From: Acidobacteriota bacterium
GTDB taxonomy: Bacteria > Acidobacteriota > UBA890 > WLXD01
Length of the DNA stretch: 64,000 bases
Direction: 5' to 3'
Assembly: GCA_963666215.2 (NCBI GenBank)
Contig: CAXWPL010000004.1
Span: 960,001-1,024,000, forward strand
The first letter of the stretch is position 1. Every line of letters begins with the position of its first letter. Position numbers and translations under genes: made by a program. Shown piece after piece: positions 41,824 to 51,571 of this stretch. Under the pieces are notes generated by a model that was not told where the DNA came from, ran no database searches, and saw only the letters and a list, made by a program, of their open reading frames with translations.

Positions 41824-42396
41824 ATGAATCGACCGAATCTGCACAAGTTCGCCGCGTTTGTCTCCGTTCCGATGCTGCTTGCCGCGCTCAGCGGTTGCGT
41901 CGGGCGCGCCATCAGCGAGACGGTGGGTGTTGTCCGCGGCGCCAGCGGTATCTACGTGCCAATTCAGCAGTTCAAGAAGTATCTCGACGACTACCCGCGC
42001 TTCATCATCGGCGAGATCACCGACGACTTTGCTGGCCAGGTGCCGCAGGAATTCTGGCTCGAGCTGCCGCACGCCTTCGATCGCGAGCTCCGTGAGCGCA
42101 ACATCCCGAATGGCACCAGCGGCAATCGGGCCATCATCCGCGGCCGCGTGATCCACCTCGAGACCAACGCTCTTTCCGGTGTCATACTCGGTGACTTCGA
42201 GGAGGTCGTGGCCCGCGTCGAGCTGTACGACCCGCAGACTCAGGAGGTCATCGGCACCGCCAACGTCATCGGGCGTAGCGACGACTCGGTGAACCGCGGG
42301 CTGCGCAAGAAAGCCGAGGGCATGGCGAAAGGGCTGGCGGAGTGGATCGACTCCTACTACCCGAACGATCGCAAGCCGGCCAAGACCGAGAGCTAG
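41824..42396 (+). CDS. Hypothetical lipoprotein (DUF4410-like)
   Basis: Lipobox LSGC and GGAGAGG RBS; family assignment tentative. Confidence 0.65.
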   Translation: MNRPNLHKFAAFVSVPMLLAALSGCVGRAISETVGVVRGASGIYVPIQQFKKYLDDYPRFIIGEITDDFAGQVPQEFWLELPHAFDRELRERNIPNGTSGNRAIIRGRVIHLETNALSGVILGDFEEVVARVELYDPQTQEVIGTANVIGRSDDSVNRGLRKKAEGMAKGLAEWIDSYYPNDRKPAKTES

Positions 42397-42460
42397 GCTC
42401 GAGACGCGCCGCCGATGCCTATCCGGTAACGAGGCACCGCCGTCGCATGCTGTCGGCAGA

Positions 42461-45187
42461 CTACTCCGAGCGCAGAGCCACCAGTGGATCGACTCTCGTG
42501 GCACGCCGGCCTGGAACGTAGCTGGCCATCGCCGTTACACCCAGCAACAGCACCGTCACGGCCACGTAGGCCAGCGGCTGGAACACATCGATGCCGCGTA
42601 ACTGCGACGCGATGATGCGAGTTATTCCCGTGGCTGCCAGCAAGCCGAATGCCGCCCCGAGCACGCCGCGCGTCAGGCCGTAGCGCAGCACCAAGCCGTA
42701 CACCTCGCGCCGGTGAGCCCCCAGGGCGACTCGGATGCCGATCTCGCGCGTACGTTGCGACACCGCGTAGGACACCACGCCGTAGAGCCCGAAAGCGGCC
42801 AATAACAGCGTCAAGCTGGCCAGACCACCCACAACGAGCACGACCAGGCGTATTCCACGCGTCGATTGTCCGAGGGCATCGGTCATCGTGCGGACGTTGT
42901 AGGCGGGTTGGTCGGGGTCGAGCCGCATGATCTCGCCGCGGATGGCGGGGGCCAGCTCGCCCGGATCGATGGCGCTGCGGACCACTACCGACACGCCGCT
43001 GAAGGGCGTGTCGCGGTACGGCACGTAGATGCGCGGTGGCGCGTCCGGATCGAGCGGGCTCACACCGAGGCTGGCGACGACTCCGATTACCCGGCGCGCG
43101 TTGTCCTCGTCGGACCAAACACGAACCAGCTCGTTGGTTGGCCGCGCGTCGCCGAAGAAGCTGCGCGCCAGAGCTTCGTCGACGATGGCCACGGGCTCGC
43201 CGTTGGCCGCGACAGGAAAGTCGCGGCCGCTGGAGATGGGTGTGCCAAGAGTCTCGAAGAAGCCCGTACTGACGCTGACGTACTCCACCCACCGTGCGTC
43301 TTCGATCGCAGGGTCGGGCTCGCCGTCGCGTACCAAACCGCGCTGCAGCCGTGCACCGGCTCCGGGCAACGTCGTTCCGATCGCCGCGCTCTCGACTCCA
43401 GGAAGCGCTCGTATGGTCGCCAGCAGCTCGTCGACGAATCGTACGCGCTGCTCGGCGGGGTAGCGCTCTCCAGCCAGGTCGATCTGCATGGCCAGCAGGT
43501 GGTCGGGGTTGAACCCCTGGTCGGTCGTGAATGCACGCAGCGCCAGGCTCAGCAGTACGCCTGCGACCACCAGTAGAACCGTTGCCGCGGCCATTTGAGC
43601 TACCACCAGTGCGCTTCGTAGTCGCTGCCGCCTACCCGCCCCGGTTGCGCCGCTGCCTCCATCCTTGAGAGCTTCGTGGGGCCGAGCGCGTGACGCCTGC
43701 AACGCCGGCGCCAAGCCGAACACCACTCCGGTGACCGCGGAAATGCCGATAGTGAACAGTAAGACGTCGGCGTTCAGGGCGATGTCGTCGACGTTGACCA
43801 CCGCGGCGGGCACGATCGCGCGCAGGAGACCGATTCCCAGGTAGGCGACAACCAGGCTCACGGCTGCTCCCGCTCCGGCCAACAGGAAGCTCTCGGTGAG
43901 CAGCTGGCGGACGATGCGCCGGCTATCGGCTCCAAGAGCGAAGCGCAGCGCGATCTCGCGGGCGCGATACGCCGCGCGCGCCAGCAACAGGCTCATGACA
44001 TTGGCGCAGGCAACCAGCAACACCAACCCGACGATCGACATCAGGATCATCAGCGGCACGCGTGCCTCGCCGATCAGCCAGGCGCGCAGCGGTTCGACGT
44101 GAAAGCCCCAACCGCGGTTGGTCTCGGGGTATTCGGCTTCGAGGCGCGCCGCTATGCCAGCGGCCTCGACGCGCGCCAGCTCGAGTGTGGCGCCCGCGCG
44201 CAGGCGCGCCACGCTGCCCAGAAACATGTTGCTGCGGACGATGTATTCGGCGTCGATGGGGAGCGGCAGCAGGATATCGGCCTCGAGCTCCGTTGGCAGC
44301 GAGTCGACCACACCGACAACCGTGTGCTCGCGGCCGTTGACGCGGATCTCACGCCCGACGATGTTGGCGTCGGCGGCGAAGCGTTGCCGCCAGAAGCCGG
44401 CCGTCAGCAGCATCTCCGGCGGCGCGTCCACCGACTCGGCGCTGGCGTCGAAAGCGCGGCCGAGGTGCACCTTGGTTCGCAGAGCCTCGAGCAAGCCCGC
44501 GGTTACCATCGCCGCCGGCACTCGCTCAGGGAGCTCACCCGCGACGATGTTGCGGTTGATCGGCGTCGACATCCCCCAGCTCTCGAACAGCCCCGACTGC
44601 TCGGCCAGGTCGAGCATGTTCGGGTACGACACGTTTGAAGAGTCGAAGCCACGAGCGGGGTTCATCTGCTGCACGTAGAGCACGCGTTCGGGCTCTTCGA
44701 TCGGCACGGGTGTGAGCAGCATGGCGTTGATCACCGCAAACATGGCGCTGTTGGCGCCGATCCCCAGGCCGAGGATGATGGCGATCGTGGCGGTGAAGCT
44801 CGGCCTCTGAGTCAGCATGCGGAGGGCGTAGCGCACATCCTGTCCGAGGCGATCGATAAACGATCCGTGTTCCGTGGGCGGCCGTCCGGGCATGGGAGGC
44901 AGATGGCCCTCACCGCGCAATCGGGCCGCCAGGCCGTGCCGGACCGAGTCCTTGGCGAAAAAGGCAGTGCTGCGCAGGCTGCCGAACCCTCTGGCCGCTG
45001 CGACGTCCGATTGCGTTTCTATAAGGCTGCGCCCGTGACGCTCGCGGAGGTGATGGGGGAACGCCAGCAGAAGAGAGCGGCGAATTCGGCCTACATCGAC
45101 AACATCGACAACATCGAGGACATCGCGACTCTCGGTACGCGAGCTCCCTCCTCCCGGGTACGGCCGCGGCGGCTCGCGATGTCTCAC
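42461..45187 (-). CDS. Duplicated MacB/FtsX-type ABC permease (ADOP family)
   Basis: QDVRYALRML, GIGANSAMF, VACANV..LLARA..REIALR.ALGA, second half GLYGVVSYAVSQRTREIGIRVALGA..DPLVALRSE; ATGA overlap with padR. Confidence 0.93.
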   Translation of the reverse strand: MRHREPPRPYPGGGSSRTESRDVLDVVDVVDVGRIRRSLLLAFPHHLRERHGRSLIETQSDVAAARGFGSLRSTAFFAKDSVRHGLAARLRGEGHLPPMPGRPPTEHGSFIDRLGQDVRYALRMLTQRPSFTATIAIILGLGIGANSAMFAVINAMLLTPVPIEEPERVLYVQQMNPARGFDSSNVSYPNMLDLAEQSGLFESWGMSTPINRNIVAGELPERVPAAMVTAGLLEALRTKVHLGRAFDASAESVDAPPEMLLTAGFWRQRFAADANIVGREIRVNGREHTVVGVVDSLPTELEADILLPLPIDAEYIVRSNMFLGSVARLRAGATLELARVEAAGIAARLEAEYPETNRGWGFHVEPLRAWLIGEARVPLMILMSIVGLVLLVACANVMSLLLARAAYRAREIALRFALGADSRRIVRQLLTESFLLAGAGAAVSLVVAYLGIGLLRAIVPAAVVNVDDIALNADVLLFTIGISAVTGVVFGLAPALQASRARPHEALKDGGSGATGAGRRQRLRSALVVAQMAAATVLLVVAGVLLSLALRAFTTDQGFNPDHLLAMQIDLAGERYPAEQRVRFVDELLATIRALPGVESAAIGTTLPGAGARLQRGLVRDGEPDPAIEDARWVEYVSVSTGFFETLGTPISSGRDFPVAANGEPVAIVDEALARSFFGDARPTNELVRVWSDEDNARRVIGVVASLGVSPLDPDAPPRIYVPYRDTPFSGVSVVVRSAIDPGELAPAIRGEIMRLDPDQPAYNVRTMTDALGQSTRGIRLVVLVVGGLASLTLLLAAFGLYGVVSYAVSQRTREIGIRVALGAHRREVYGLVLRYGLTRGVLGAAFGLLAATGITRIIASQLRGIDVFQPLAYVAVTVLLLGVTAMASYVPGRRATRVDPLVALRSE

Positions 45188-45549
45188 GCGCTGTCCTTGG
45201 CGGGCGGAGCCGCAGCGCTCGGTGCCTGCGCGGCAATGTCGCGCAGCAGCGAGGCCTCGGCCGCCAGCACGCGACGTCCCGCGTTGGTGATGCTGTAGTA
45301 GCGCCGCCGCTCGTCACTCGCAGTATCGGCGGCACGCCGCTCGGCCTCAACCAGAAGTCCGCGTTCGAGCATGCGATCGAGCACGCGGTACAGGTTCCCG
45401 GGCGCCACCTGCACGCGCCCATGCGTGCGTTCCTCGATCTGCTGGACGATGCCGTAGCCGTGCGACTCGTCGTTGTTCAGCACGACGAGGACGAGAAACT
45501 CGATGCGTCTCAAAGGACTCTCCCGTTGCGGAGCGGTTGGAGGTGCCAA
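45184..45549 (-). CDS. PadR-family transcriptional regulator
   Basis: HGYGIVQQIE, PGNLYRVL and RRRYYSIT motifs. Start uncertain (TTG 45549 chosen; ORF open to 45588). Confidence 0.9.
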   Translation of the reverse strand: MAPPTAPQRESPLRRIEFLVLVVLNNDESHGYGIVQQIEERTHGRVQVAPGNLYRVLDRMLERGLLVEAERRAADTASDERRRYYSITNAGRRVLAAEASLLRDIAAQAPSAAAPPAKDSA

Positions 45550-45557
45550 GTGAACTC

Positions 45558-45587
45558 TGCTCCGAGCGAGCATACTCATAACGAGCA
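45558..45587. promoter_or_regulatory. Two adjacent 15-bp palindromes TGCTC-N5-GAGCA and TACTC-N5-GAGCA (putative PadR operators)
   Basis: Read directly between divergent padR and the CMD gene; role inferred. Confidence 0.5.
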
Positions 45588-45626
45588 CATTGCCGCAAGG
45601 ACAACGAGTATTAGAGTGGCCCCACC

Positions 45627-46226
45627 ATGTCGCGCATCCATGGAGTCATCGAAGGTGGGTCGCTGCTGGCACGGATCGCGTTTCGTGCCTGTCGCAAGAA
45701 GATCGGCCGCGTCGTACGACCCGTCCGCGTGCACGCCCTCTACAATCGGCTGTTGTTCGGCTACGGCCAGATGGAGATGGCGCAGGAAAAGGCGACCACG
45801 GTACCCGTTGCCCTCAAATCCCTGGCGCAACTGAGGGTTGCCACACGAATCGGGTGTCCGTTTTGAATCGACATCGGTTCTGCCGTGGGCAGACAACAAG
45901 GCCTGACGGACCAGCAGCTCCGGGATCTTCCCGACTATGAGAGCTCGTCCGCCTTCTCCGACGTCGAGCGCGCCGTGCTGCGTTATGCCGACGCCATGTC
46001 GGACACACCGGTGGATGTTGCCGACGAGGTGTTCGCCGGCGTCCGCCAGCACCTCGAGGAGGTGCAGATCGTCGAGCTGACGTCGGCGATTGCCTGGGAG
46101 CACTACCGAGCGCGCTTCGATCACGCGCTGGGTATCGAGTCGGAAGGCTTCTCGGAGGGCGCCTTCTGTGCCCTATCTGCCGCGGCCGCGGCCGCTGACG
46201 CAGACGGCTCGGGGGACGCTTCATGA
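45627..46226 (+). CDS. Carboxymuconolactone-decarboxylase/AhpD-like selenoprotein (CPFU, in-frame TGA 45864-45866)
   Basis: ORFs 45627-45866 and 45885-46226 share a frame and join as ..VATRIGCPF[TGA]IDIGSAVGRQQGL..FSDVERAVLRYADAM..QIVELT..ENYR-like (EHYRARF). A hairpin follows the TGA. Confidence 0.85.
45879..45893 (+). promoter_or_regulatory. Putative bacterial SECIS hairpin TCTGCC-GTG-GGCAGA
   Basis: The stem starts 12 nt after the UGA and has a G-U-containing apical loop. Confidence 0.65.
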
Positions 46227-46891
46227 CGTCGGATTCTTCGGGCTCCAGGATCGAGCTCGACGGCGCAACGTATGCGCCGCGACGCATTTTTTGTATCGGC
46301 CGCAACTACGCCGACCACGCCGCCGAGCTTGGCAATCGAGTGCCCGAGTCGCCGGTGATCTTCATGAAACCGGTGAGTTGCCTGGTGCCGGCGGGCAGGA
46401 CGATCCGCCGCCCGACCCATGGCTCCGACCTGCACTTCGAGGCCGAGCTCGTTCTCTTGATCGGCGGCGATCCAGGATCCGAACAGACGCCGGCGAGCGG
46501 AGCGGCCACGATTGTCGGCGTTGCTCTGGGTCTCGACCTGACGCTGCGCGACCTGCAGTCGAGCTTCAAGGACCGCGGGCTGCCTTGGGAGCTGGCGAAG
46601 GCGTTCGACGGCAGCGCACCGATTGGCGACTTCGTGGCGGCCTCGGCGGTGGACTTGGCCAGCCTCGAGTTCACCTGCAGCGTCAACGGCAGCGTCCGCC
46701 AGCGCGGCAACACGGCCGACATGATTTTCCCGCCGAGCGCGCTGATGGCCGCGATCTCTCGCGCCTGGACCCTACTTCCGGGCGATCTTATCTATACGGG
46801 GACTCCGGCCGGCGTGGGCGGTCTGGATGCCGGCGACCGTGTGGTCGTGGAGGCCGAAGAAATCGGGTCGTTTGCTTGGAATATTGGCTAG
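46223..46891 (+). CDS. Fumarylacetoacetate hydrolase family protein
   Basis: CIGRNYADHAAEL, FMKP, HFEAEL, DLTLRDLQ, AKAFD and GDLIYTGTPAGVG motifs; ATGA overlap with the upstream gene. Confidence 0.93.
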   Translation: MTSDSSGSRIELDGATYAPRRIFCIGRNYADHAAELGNRVPESPVIFMKPVSCLVPAGRTIRRPTHGSDLHFEAELVLLIGGDPGSEQTPASGAATIVGVALGLDLTLRDLQSSFKDRGLPWELAKAFDGSAPIGDFVAASAVDLASLEFTCSVNGSVRQRGNTADMIFPPSALMAAISRAWTLLPGDLIYTGTPAGVGGLDAGDRVVVEAEEIGSFAWNIG

Positions 46892-46997
46892 CGCTGAGGG
46901 TTCGCGCGGAAGGCAGGCCCACCCGGAACACCAGTTCGCGCAAAAGACAGGCTCACGCCGAACACCGGCTCGCGAATGCTCGGATCAGGCGCGCCGC

Positions 46998-47249
46998 CTA
47001 GACCGAACCTTCCGTGCGGGCGAACAGCGAGTCTTTCTCGCCGTTGAAGCGCCAGCCGCCTTTGAAGCCGATGGGCTTGCGGTAGATGATCCGCACCGCA
47101 CTCGAGTTGATCACGCAAGTCTCGGGCTCGCCTTCGTACGTCTTGGCGCCGCGCGGGATGTACTCGATGAACTTGCCCTCGCACGCGTAGCGCGCGTCGT
47201 CCGCCTCGACCACGGTGTCGTCGGTGAGCTCAATCAAGTAGCGGGCCAT
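46998..47249 (-). CDS. Small hypothetical protein
   Basis: 83 aa with AGGAAAGG RBS and coding-like composition. Confidence 0.6.
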   Translation of the reverse strand: MARYLIELTDDTVVEADDARYACEGKFIEYIPRGAKTYEGEPETCVINSSAVRIIYRKPIGFKGGWRFNGEKDSLFARTEGSV

Positions 47250-47291
47250 TGTCGCCTTTCCTCGAACGCCGTCGACGTCTTGTTGCCGTGC

Positions 47292-49955
47292 TCACTCGTC
47301 TCGCAAGGCGTGCGCCGGATCCACGCGGGTGGCACGCAGCGTGGGTCCCGCCGCGGCGAGCAGTCCGATCAACATCAGCGACAGCGCGGTAGCGCCAAGA
47401 GTCAGCGGGTCGCGACCCGACACGTTGAGGAGCAGCGACCGCAGCAAGCCCTCGGTGGCGAGCATCAACAGCATACCCAGGCCGATGCCGATGAGCGCTA
47501 GCTTGGCGGCCTCGCCGCCAAAGAGCCCCACCACGCTGGAGCGCTGAGCCCCGAGCGCCATCCGTATTCCCACCTCGCGGGAACGGCTCGAGGCCACGAA
47601 CGATACGGTGCCGTAGAGGCCGATCGCCGCGAGGGCGAGCGCCAGCGCACCGCTGATTCCCACCAGCCGGCCCATCAGCACCGTGTCGGCCAGCGACCGA
47701 CCTATGCGCTCGCGCAGCGTGCCGGTGGAGAAAATGCCGAGCTCCGGGTCGAGGTCGGCAACCAGGTCGCGCAGCGGCGCGCTCAGGGTGTTGACGTCGC
47801 CTTGGGCGCGCACGAACAGGCTCGAGCCCCCCGCGTATGTTTGCGACCGCGGCACATACATCGAGGGCCGCGGACTCTCGCGCAGGGAGCGGTTCTGCAC
47901 GTCGGCGACGATGCCGATGACTCGCAGCGATTCTGAGAGATCCGACTCTGGGTCGAGCGCCAGCAATCGGTCGATGGCGCGCTCACCAGGCCAGAGAAGC
48001 TCCGCGGCGGATCGTGAGAGGAGTACGACTGGCGCCATGTCCGCGCCACTATTGGCCGGAGCAAAGCCCTCACCCTCGAGAATCGACATCCCGAGCGCTT
48101 CGAAGTAGCCGGCATCCACTGTGGCCGTGTCGACTTGGGTGAACGGTTGGGACATTTGCGGGCGCGGCGTTGGCCACGGAACCGAGCGTCGCGACCAACC
48201 GGTGAAGGGGACGCCCGAGCCGATGCCGGCGGCGTCGACACCCGGGAGAGCGGCCGCGCGTTGCGCCAGCTCGTCCAGGAACAAGCCGCCGCGAACCGGG
48301 TCGTAACCAGCTCGATCGAGGTTCAGCGACACCGTCATGACGTTGGCCGTATTGAACCCTGGGTCTGCGTTCTGGGCCTGCATCGTGCTCCGCAGCAGCA
48401 AGCCGGTTGCGGCGAGAAGCGCGAACGACAGCGCGAGCTGACCCACTACCAGCCCGCTGCGCGTGAATCCAGCGCGACGTCCAGCGAGCGGCGAACCGTC
48501 TTTGAGCGTGTCGACGATGTCGTCGCGCGAGGCACGCAGCGCCGGCGCCAGGCCGAACACGACGCCCGCCACAACGCTCAATGCCATCGCGAAGGCGAAG
48601 ACCCGCAGGTCGGGTCGGAAGTCGTAGCCTACGGCCATGGGCAGCAACGCCGGTATGGCTCCCGTGGTCCAGATGGTGAGCAGAGCCGCCACCACGCCTC
48701 CGGCGCAGGCAATCAAAACGCTCTCGGTCAGCACCTGGCGGACGATGCGAAGCTTGCCGGCGCCGAGCGCCGAGCGCACCGCAAGCTCCTGGGAGCGCGA
48801 CATGCCGCGCGCCAACAGCATGCTCGCCAGGTTGGCGCATGCGACCACCAGAACCGCCACGACGACAAGCTGCAACAAGAACAAGATCTGCGCCACCGCG
48901 CTACGCTCAGCGGGCCGCATTCCAACCTTGAAGTCAACGCCCAGCGAGTGGTTGGCGCGCTCGCCCCAGGCATCGAAGTAGGCCGACTGGTAGATCGCGT
49001 CGAGCTCGGCGCGCAGCGCCTCCGGCGCTACATCGGGGAAACGTCGCGCCACCACCCACAGCCAGCTGAAGCCGGGCTCGTTGAACTCGGCATAGTCCGG
49101 ACCGAGCACCAGGCCAGCCAGCCCTAGCGGTACAAAAACGTCGCTCGCGGCGTGCAGCACGTCGGTGCCGCGGAAGCCGGGCTCGGCGATGCCGACAATC
49201 TGGTAGTCGGAGCCGTTGATGCGCAGGTTGCTGCCGAGCGTGTCGGCCGACCGCCCGAAGCGCTGTGTCCATAGCTGATCGCTAATCACCACCACATGCT
49301 CCGGCGCGCGGGTGGCGTCGGTCCCGGCGAAGTCGCGGCCCTGCGCCATCTTCGTGCCGAGGACAGTGAAGAAGTCCTCGGTTACCAGTTGGCCATTGAC
49401 CACCTCGACCGCGTCGCTCTTGCCGAGCACCATCGAACGGCCTGCAAAAGCGGCCACACTTTGCAGGCTCTGCGCGGACTCACGTAGGTCCCAGTAGTGG
49501 GGAAACGAGAGGTTGTCGAAGCCCTCTTCGTCGCGGTCGCGGCCGATTTGCACCACCAGGTCGGGTTCGCCGATGCCGTCCGGAGCGTGCCACAACGTCG
49601 CGTTGGCCATGCTGAAGATGGTCGTGTTGACGCCGATGCCGAGAGCCATCGTCAGCACGGCGAGCAGCGTGAAACCGGGAGTCCGGGCGAGCGCCCGGGC
49701 GGCAAAGCGAACGTCTTGTAGCAGAACACTCATGGTCCATTCCTTACGTTCCCAAAGCCCGTGCGACACGGCGCCGAAGCTGAGTGCGAGGGGAGAGGGG
49801 GCGTTGTGCGACGTGTGATCGTCGGAGTGGTGCTGCAGCTGCCACAGCTCCGCCTGCCAGCCTTCGAGCCAGCGCGAGCGTTCGCTTGCCGGCACCAGCA
49901 GGCTCGACACGCGGAGCAGCCCGACAGCCAGTGCCAAACGGAGAGAGGTCACCAT
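47292..49955 (-). CDS. Duplicated MacB/FtsX-type ABC permease (ADOP family)
   Basis: N-terminal prefix domain ([15 protein letters not shown]), [17 protein letters not shown] and [11 protein letters not shown] motifs; ATG 49955 lies just after the padR stop. Confidence 0.93.
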   Translation of the reverse strand: MVTSLRLALAVGLLRVSSLLVPASERSRWLEGWQAELWQLQHHSDDHTSHNAPSPLALSFGAVSHGLWERKEWTMSVLLQDVRFAARALARTPGFTLLAVLTMALGIGVNTTIFSMANATLWHAPDGIGEPDLVVQIGRDRDEEGFDNLSFPHYWDLRESAQSLQSVAAFAGRSMVLGKSDAVEVVNGQLVTEDFFTVLGTKMAQGRDFAGTDATRAPEHVVVISDQLWTQRFGRSADTLGSNLRINGSDYQIVGIAEPGFRGTDVLHAASDVFVPLGLAGLVLGPDYAEFNEPGFSWLWVVARRFPDVAPEALRAELDAIYQSAYFDAWGERANHSLGVDFKVGMRPAERSAVAQILFLLQLVVVAVLVVACANLASMLLARGMSRSQELAVRSALGAGKLRIVRQVLTESVLIACAGGVVAALLTIWTTGAIPALLPMAVGYDFRPDLRVFAFAMALSVVAGVVFGLAPALRASRDDIVDTLKDGSPLAGRRAGFTRSGLVVGQLALSFALLAATGLLLRSTMQAQNADPGFNTANVMTVSLNLDRAGYDPVRGGLFLDELAQRAAALPGVDAAGIGSGVPFTGWSRRSVPWPTPRPQMSQPFTQVDTATVDAGYFEALGMSILEGEGFAPANSGADMAPVVLLSRSAAELLWPGERAIDRLLALDPESDLSESLRVIGIVADVQNRSLRESPRPSMYVPRSQTYAGGSSLFVRAQGDVNTLSAPLRDLVADLDPELGIFSTGTLRERIGRSLADTVLMGRLVGISGALALALAAIGLYGTVSFVASSRSREVGIRMALGAQRSSVVGLFGGEAAKLALIGIGLGMLLMLATEGLLRSLLLNVSGRDPLTLGATALSLMLIGLLAAAGPTLRATRVDPAHALRDE

Positions 49956-49957
49956 CG

Positions 49958-50293
49958 CTAGCTCCGTGCAACCGGAGCAGATCGCGAGGCTTCCGAGATT
50001 GCCTCGCCACTGGCCAGCGCGCCGAACTCGTCGAGCGCCGCATGCAGCGCCTCGCGCCCGGCGCGCGTGAGGTCGTAGTAGCGCCGCCGCGGTCTTCCGT
50101 CGGCGTCGGCCACACGCTGCTTCTCCCATGCCGTCGTCACGAAGCCGCGCTTCTGCAGACGTCCGAGAGTTACGTACACCGTCCCCGTGGCCAGTCCAGT
50201 GTGCTCGATGATGTCGAGTCCGTAGCGGTGCTCGGCGTCGACCGCCTTGAGGATCGCTACCGTGGCAAAGCCCAGCCGTCGGTTTCGATGCAT
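49958..50293 (-). CDS. PadR-family transcriptional regulator
   Basis: [19 protein letters not shown] and [10 protein letters not shown] motifs. Confidence 0.92.
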   Translation of the reverse strand: MHRNRRLGFATVAILKAVDAEHRYGLDIIEHTGLATGTVYVTLGRLQKRGFVTTAWEKQRVADADGRPRRRYYDLTRAGREALHAALDEFGALASGEAISEASRSAPVARS

Positions 50294-50313
50294 GCGGTGC
50301 TCCCTGACTCAGG

Positions 50314-50382
50314 TGGATACTCGGCTGGATACTCAGCCTGGTTAATTCTGGTTATTATTGATAGATACCTTACATTAATAAC
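50314..50382. promoter_or_regulatory. padR upstream region: 12-bp direct repeat plus an AT-rich inverted repeat
   Basis: TGGATACTCGGC/TGGATACTCAGC at 50314-50337; GTTATTATTG-N12-CATTAATAAC at 50351-50382. Confidence 0.5.
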
Positions 50383-50440
50383 TAAGCCGACGGCAACTCG
50401 GAGTGAGCTCGGCACCGGGAGTTGCCAGGTCGGGACCGCG

Positions 50441-51397
50441 CTACGATCGCCACACTCGGCGCCCGGTGAACAGCTTCCGCGGAAGGCGCCATAGATTCTG
50501 AAATTTCTCGCGCAGCCCTACAGGTCGAAGGTAGCGCTGCGGAACGCGCGGCTTGGGAAGCCGCTTCGTCTGCGCCGCCCCCAAGAGCTGCGGACTCAAA
50601 GTCAACTTGGCGATACGCTCATCGATTGATTCTGATTCGGTGACCCACTCCTCGTTAAGCCCGTAGGCGGATTGAGAACGTCTGTCCACCTTTCCCCAGT
50701 CATAGTCGAGTCGTCGCCTTCGCTGGTTCTTTCGCGGATGCCGGAGGTGATAGACGTGGCCGATCTTGCGGGCTCGTCCCGTCATGTCGAGCGCCGCGTG
50801 GCAAAACACCGAGTCCTTGTGGGTGTTGGTGAACGCGAGATCTTCACGAAAGCCTCCTATCCGATCGAACAGGGACTTCGAGCAGAAGATGAAGTCGCCC
50901 GAGGCGGCGCAAAAGGGAGCTGGATCGTCGGCGTGGTGGTCGCTCAACCGCGGATCGTCGACGCCAGATTCATCGTCGACTTCGATCCGCCCGGCCCTGT
51001 AGAGCGCGTCCCGATCGAAGCCTCCACGTTCGAGAAAGTCGAGCGTATCCACGCCAAGAAAGTTGTCCGGATTGGTCAGCAACAGCCAATCGCCGCGGGC
51101 GCGCTGGGCGCCGACGTTCTTGGCGTGATACTCGAACACGGTGATATGTCGATTGCGACTGACGTGTTGATGCAACGCGCCGTCCACGACGACACAGCGG
51201 GCTCGGTCGAAGGTGGCCACTACCTCATGCGATAGAAGCGGTCGAGACGGCAATGGGTTCCACTCGACAAAGACGAGCTCGGTCTCGATGCCGCGCAGGG
51301 CAAGCGCGTCGAGGTTGTGGCGGGCGGTGGCGAACAGCCGGCCCTCAAAATCGCCGCCGTAGTTGTCGTTGCGGCCGACGATAACGATCGAAATCAT
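50441..51397 (-). CDS. GT-A fold (family 2-like) glycosyltransferase-related protein
   Basis: MISIVIVGRND, KNVGAQRARGDWLLLTNPD, SGDFIF..FDRIGGF and VYHLRH motifs. Confidence 0.7.
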   Translation of the reverse strand: MISIVIVGRNDNYGGDFEGRLFATARHNLDALALRGIETELVFVEWNPLPSRPLLSHEVVATFDRARCVVVDGALHQHVSRNRHITVFEYHAKNVGAQRARGDWLLLTNPDNFLGVDTLDFLERGGFDRDALYRAGRIEVDDESGVDDPRLSDHHADDPAPFCAASGDFIFCSKSLFDRIGGFREDLAFTNTHKDSVFCHAALDMTGRARKIGHVYHLRHPRKNQRRRRLDYDWGKVDRRSQSAYGLNEEWVTESESIDERIAKLTLSPQLLGAAQTKRLPKPRVPQRYLRPVGLREKFQNLWRLPRKLFTGRRVWRS

Positions 51398-51571
51398 GCG
51401 CCGACGCCGCTCGCATCAGAGTCGCAGGTGCTTTTCGCTCGTACGGTCGTGTGGATCATGTTCTGCGGCCCCCGCCTAACTTGACAGTACCCAGCGGCAC
51501 CATCACATTGCGCTCCGGAGTGCGTTTTCACCGGGCGGCCTCCGTCAGGCGCCTGAATTAGGAGTACTACC

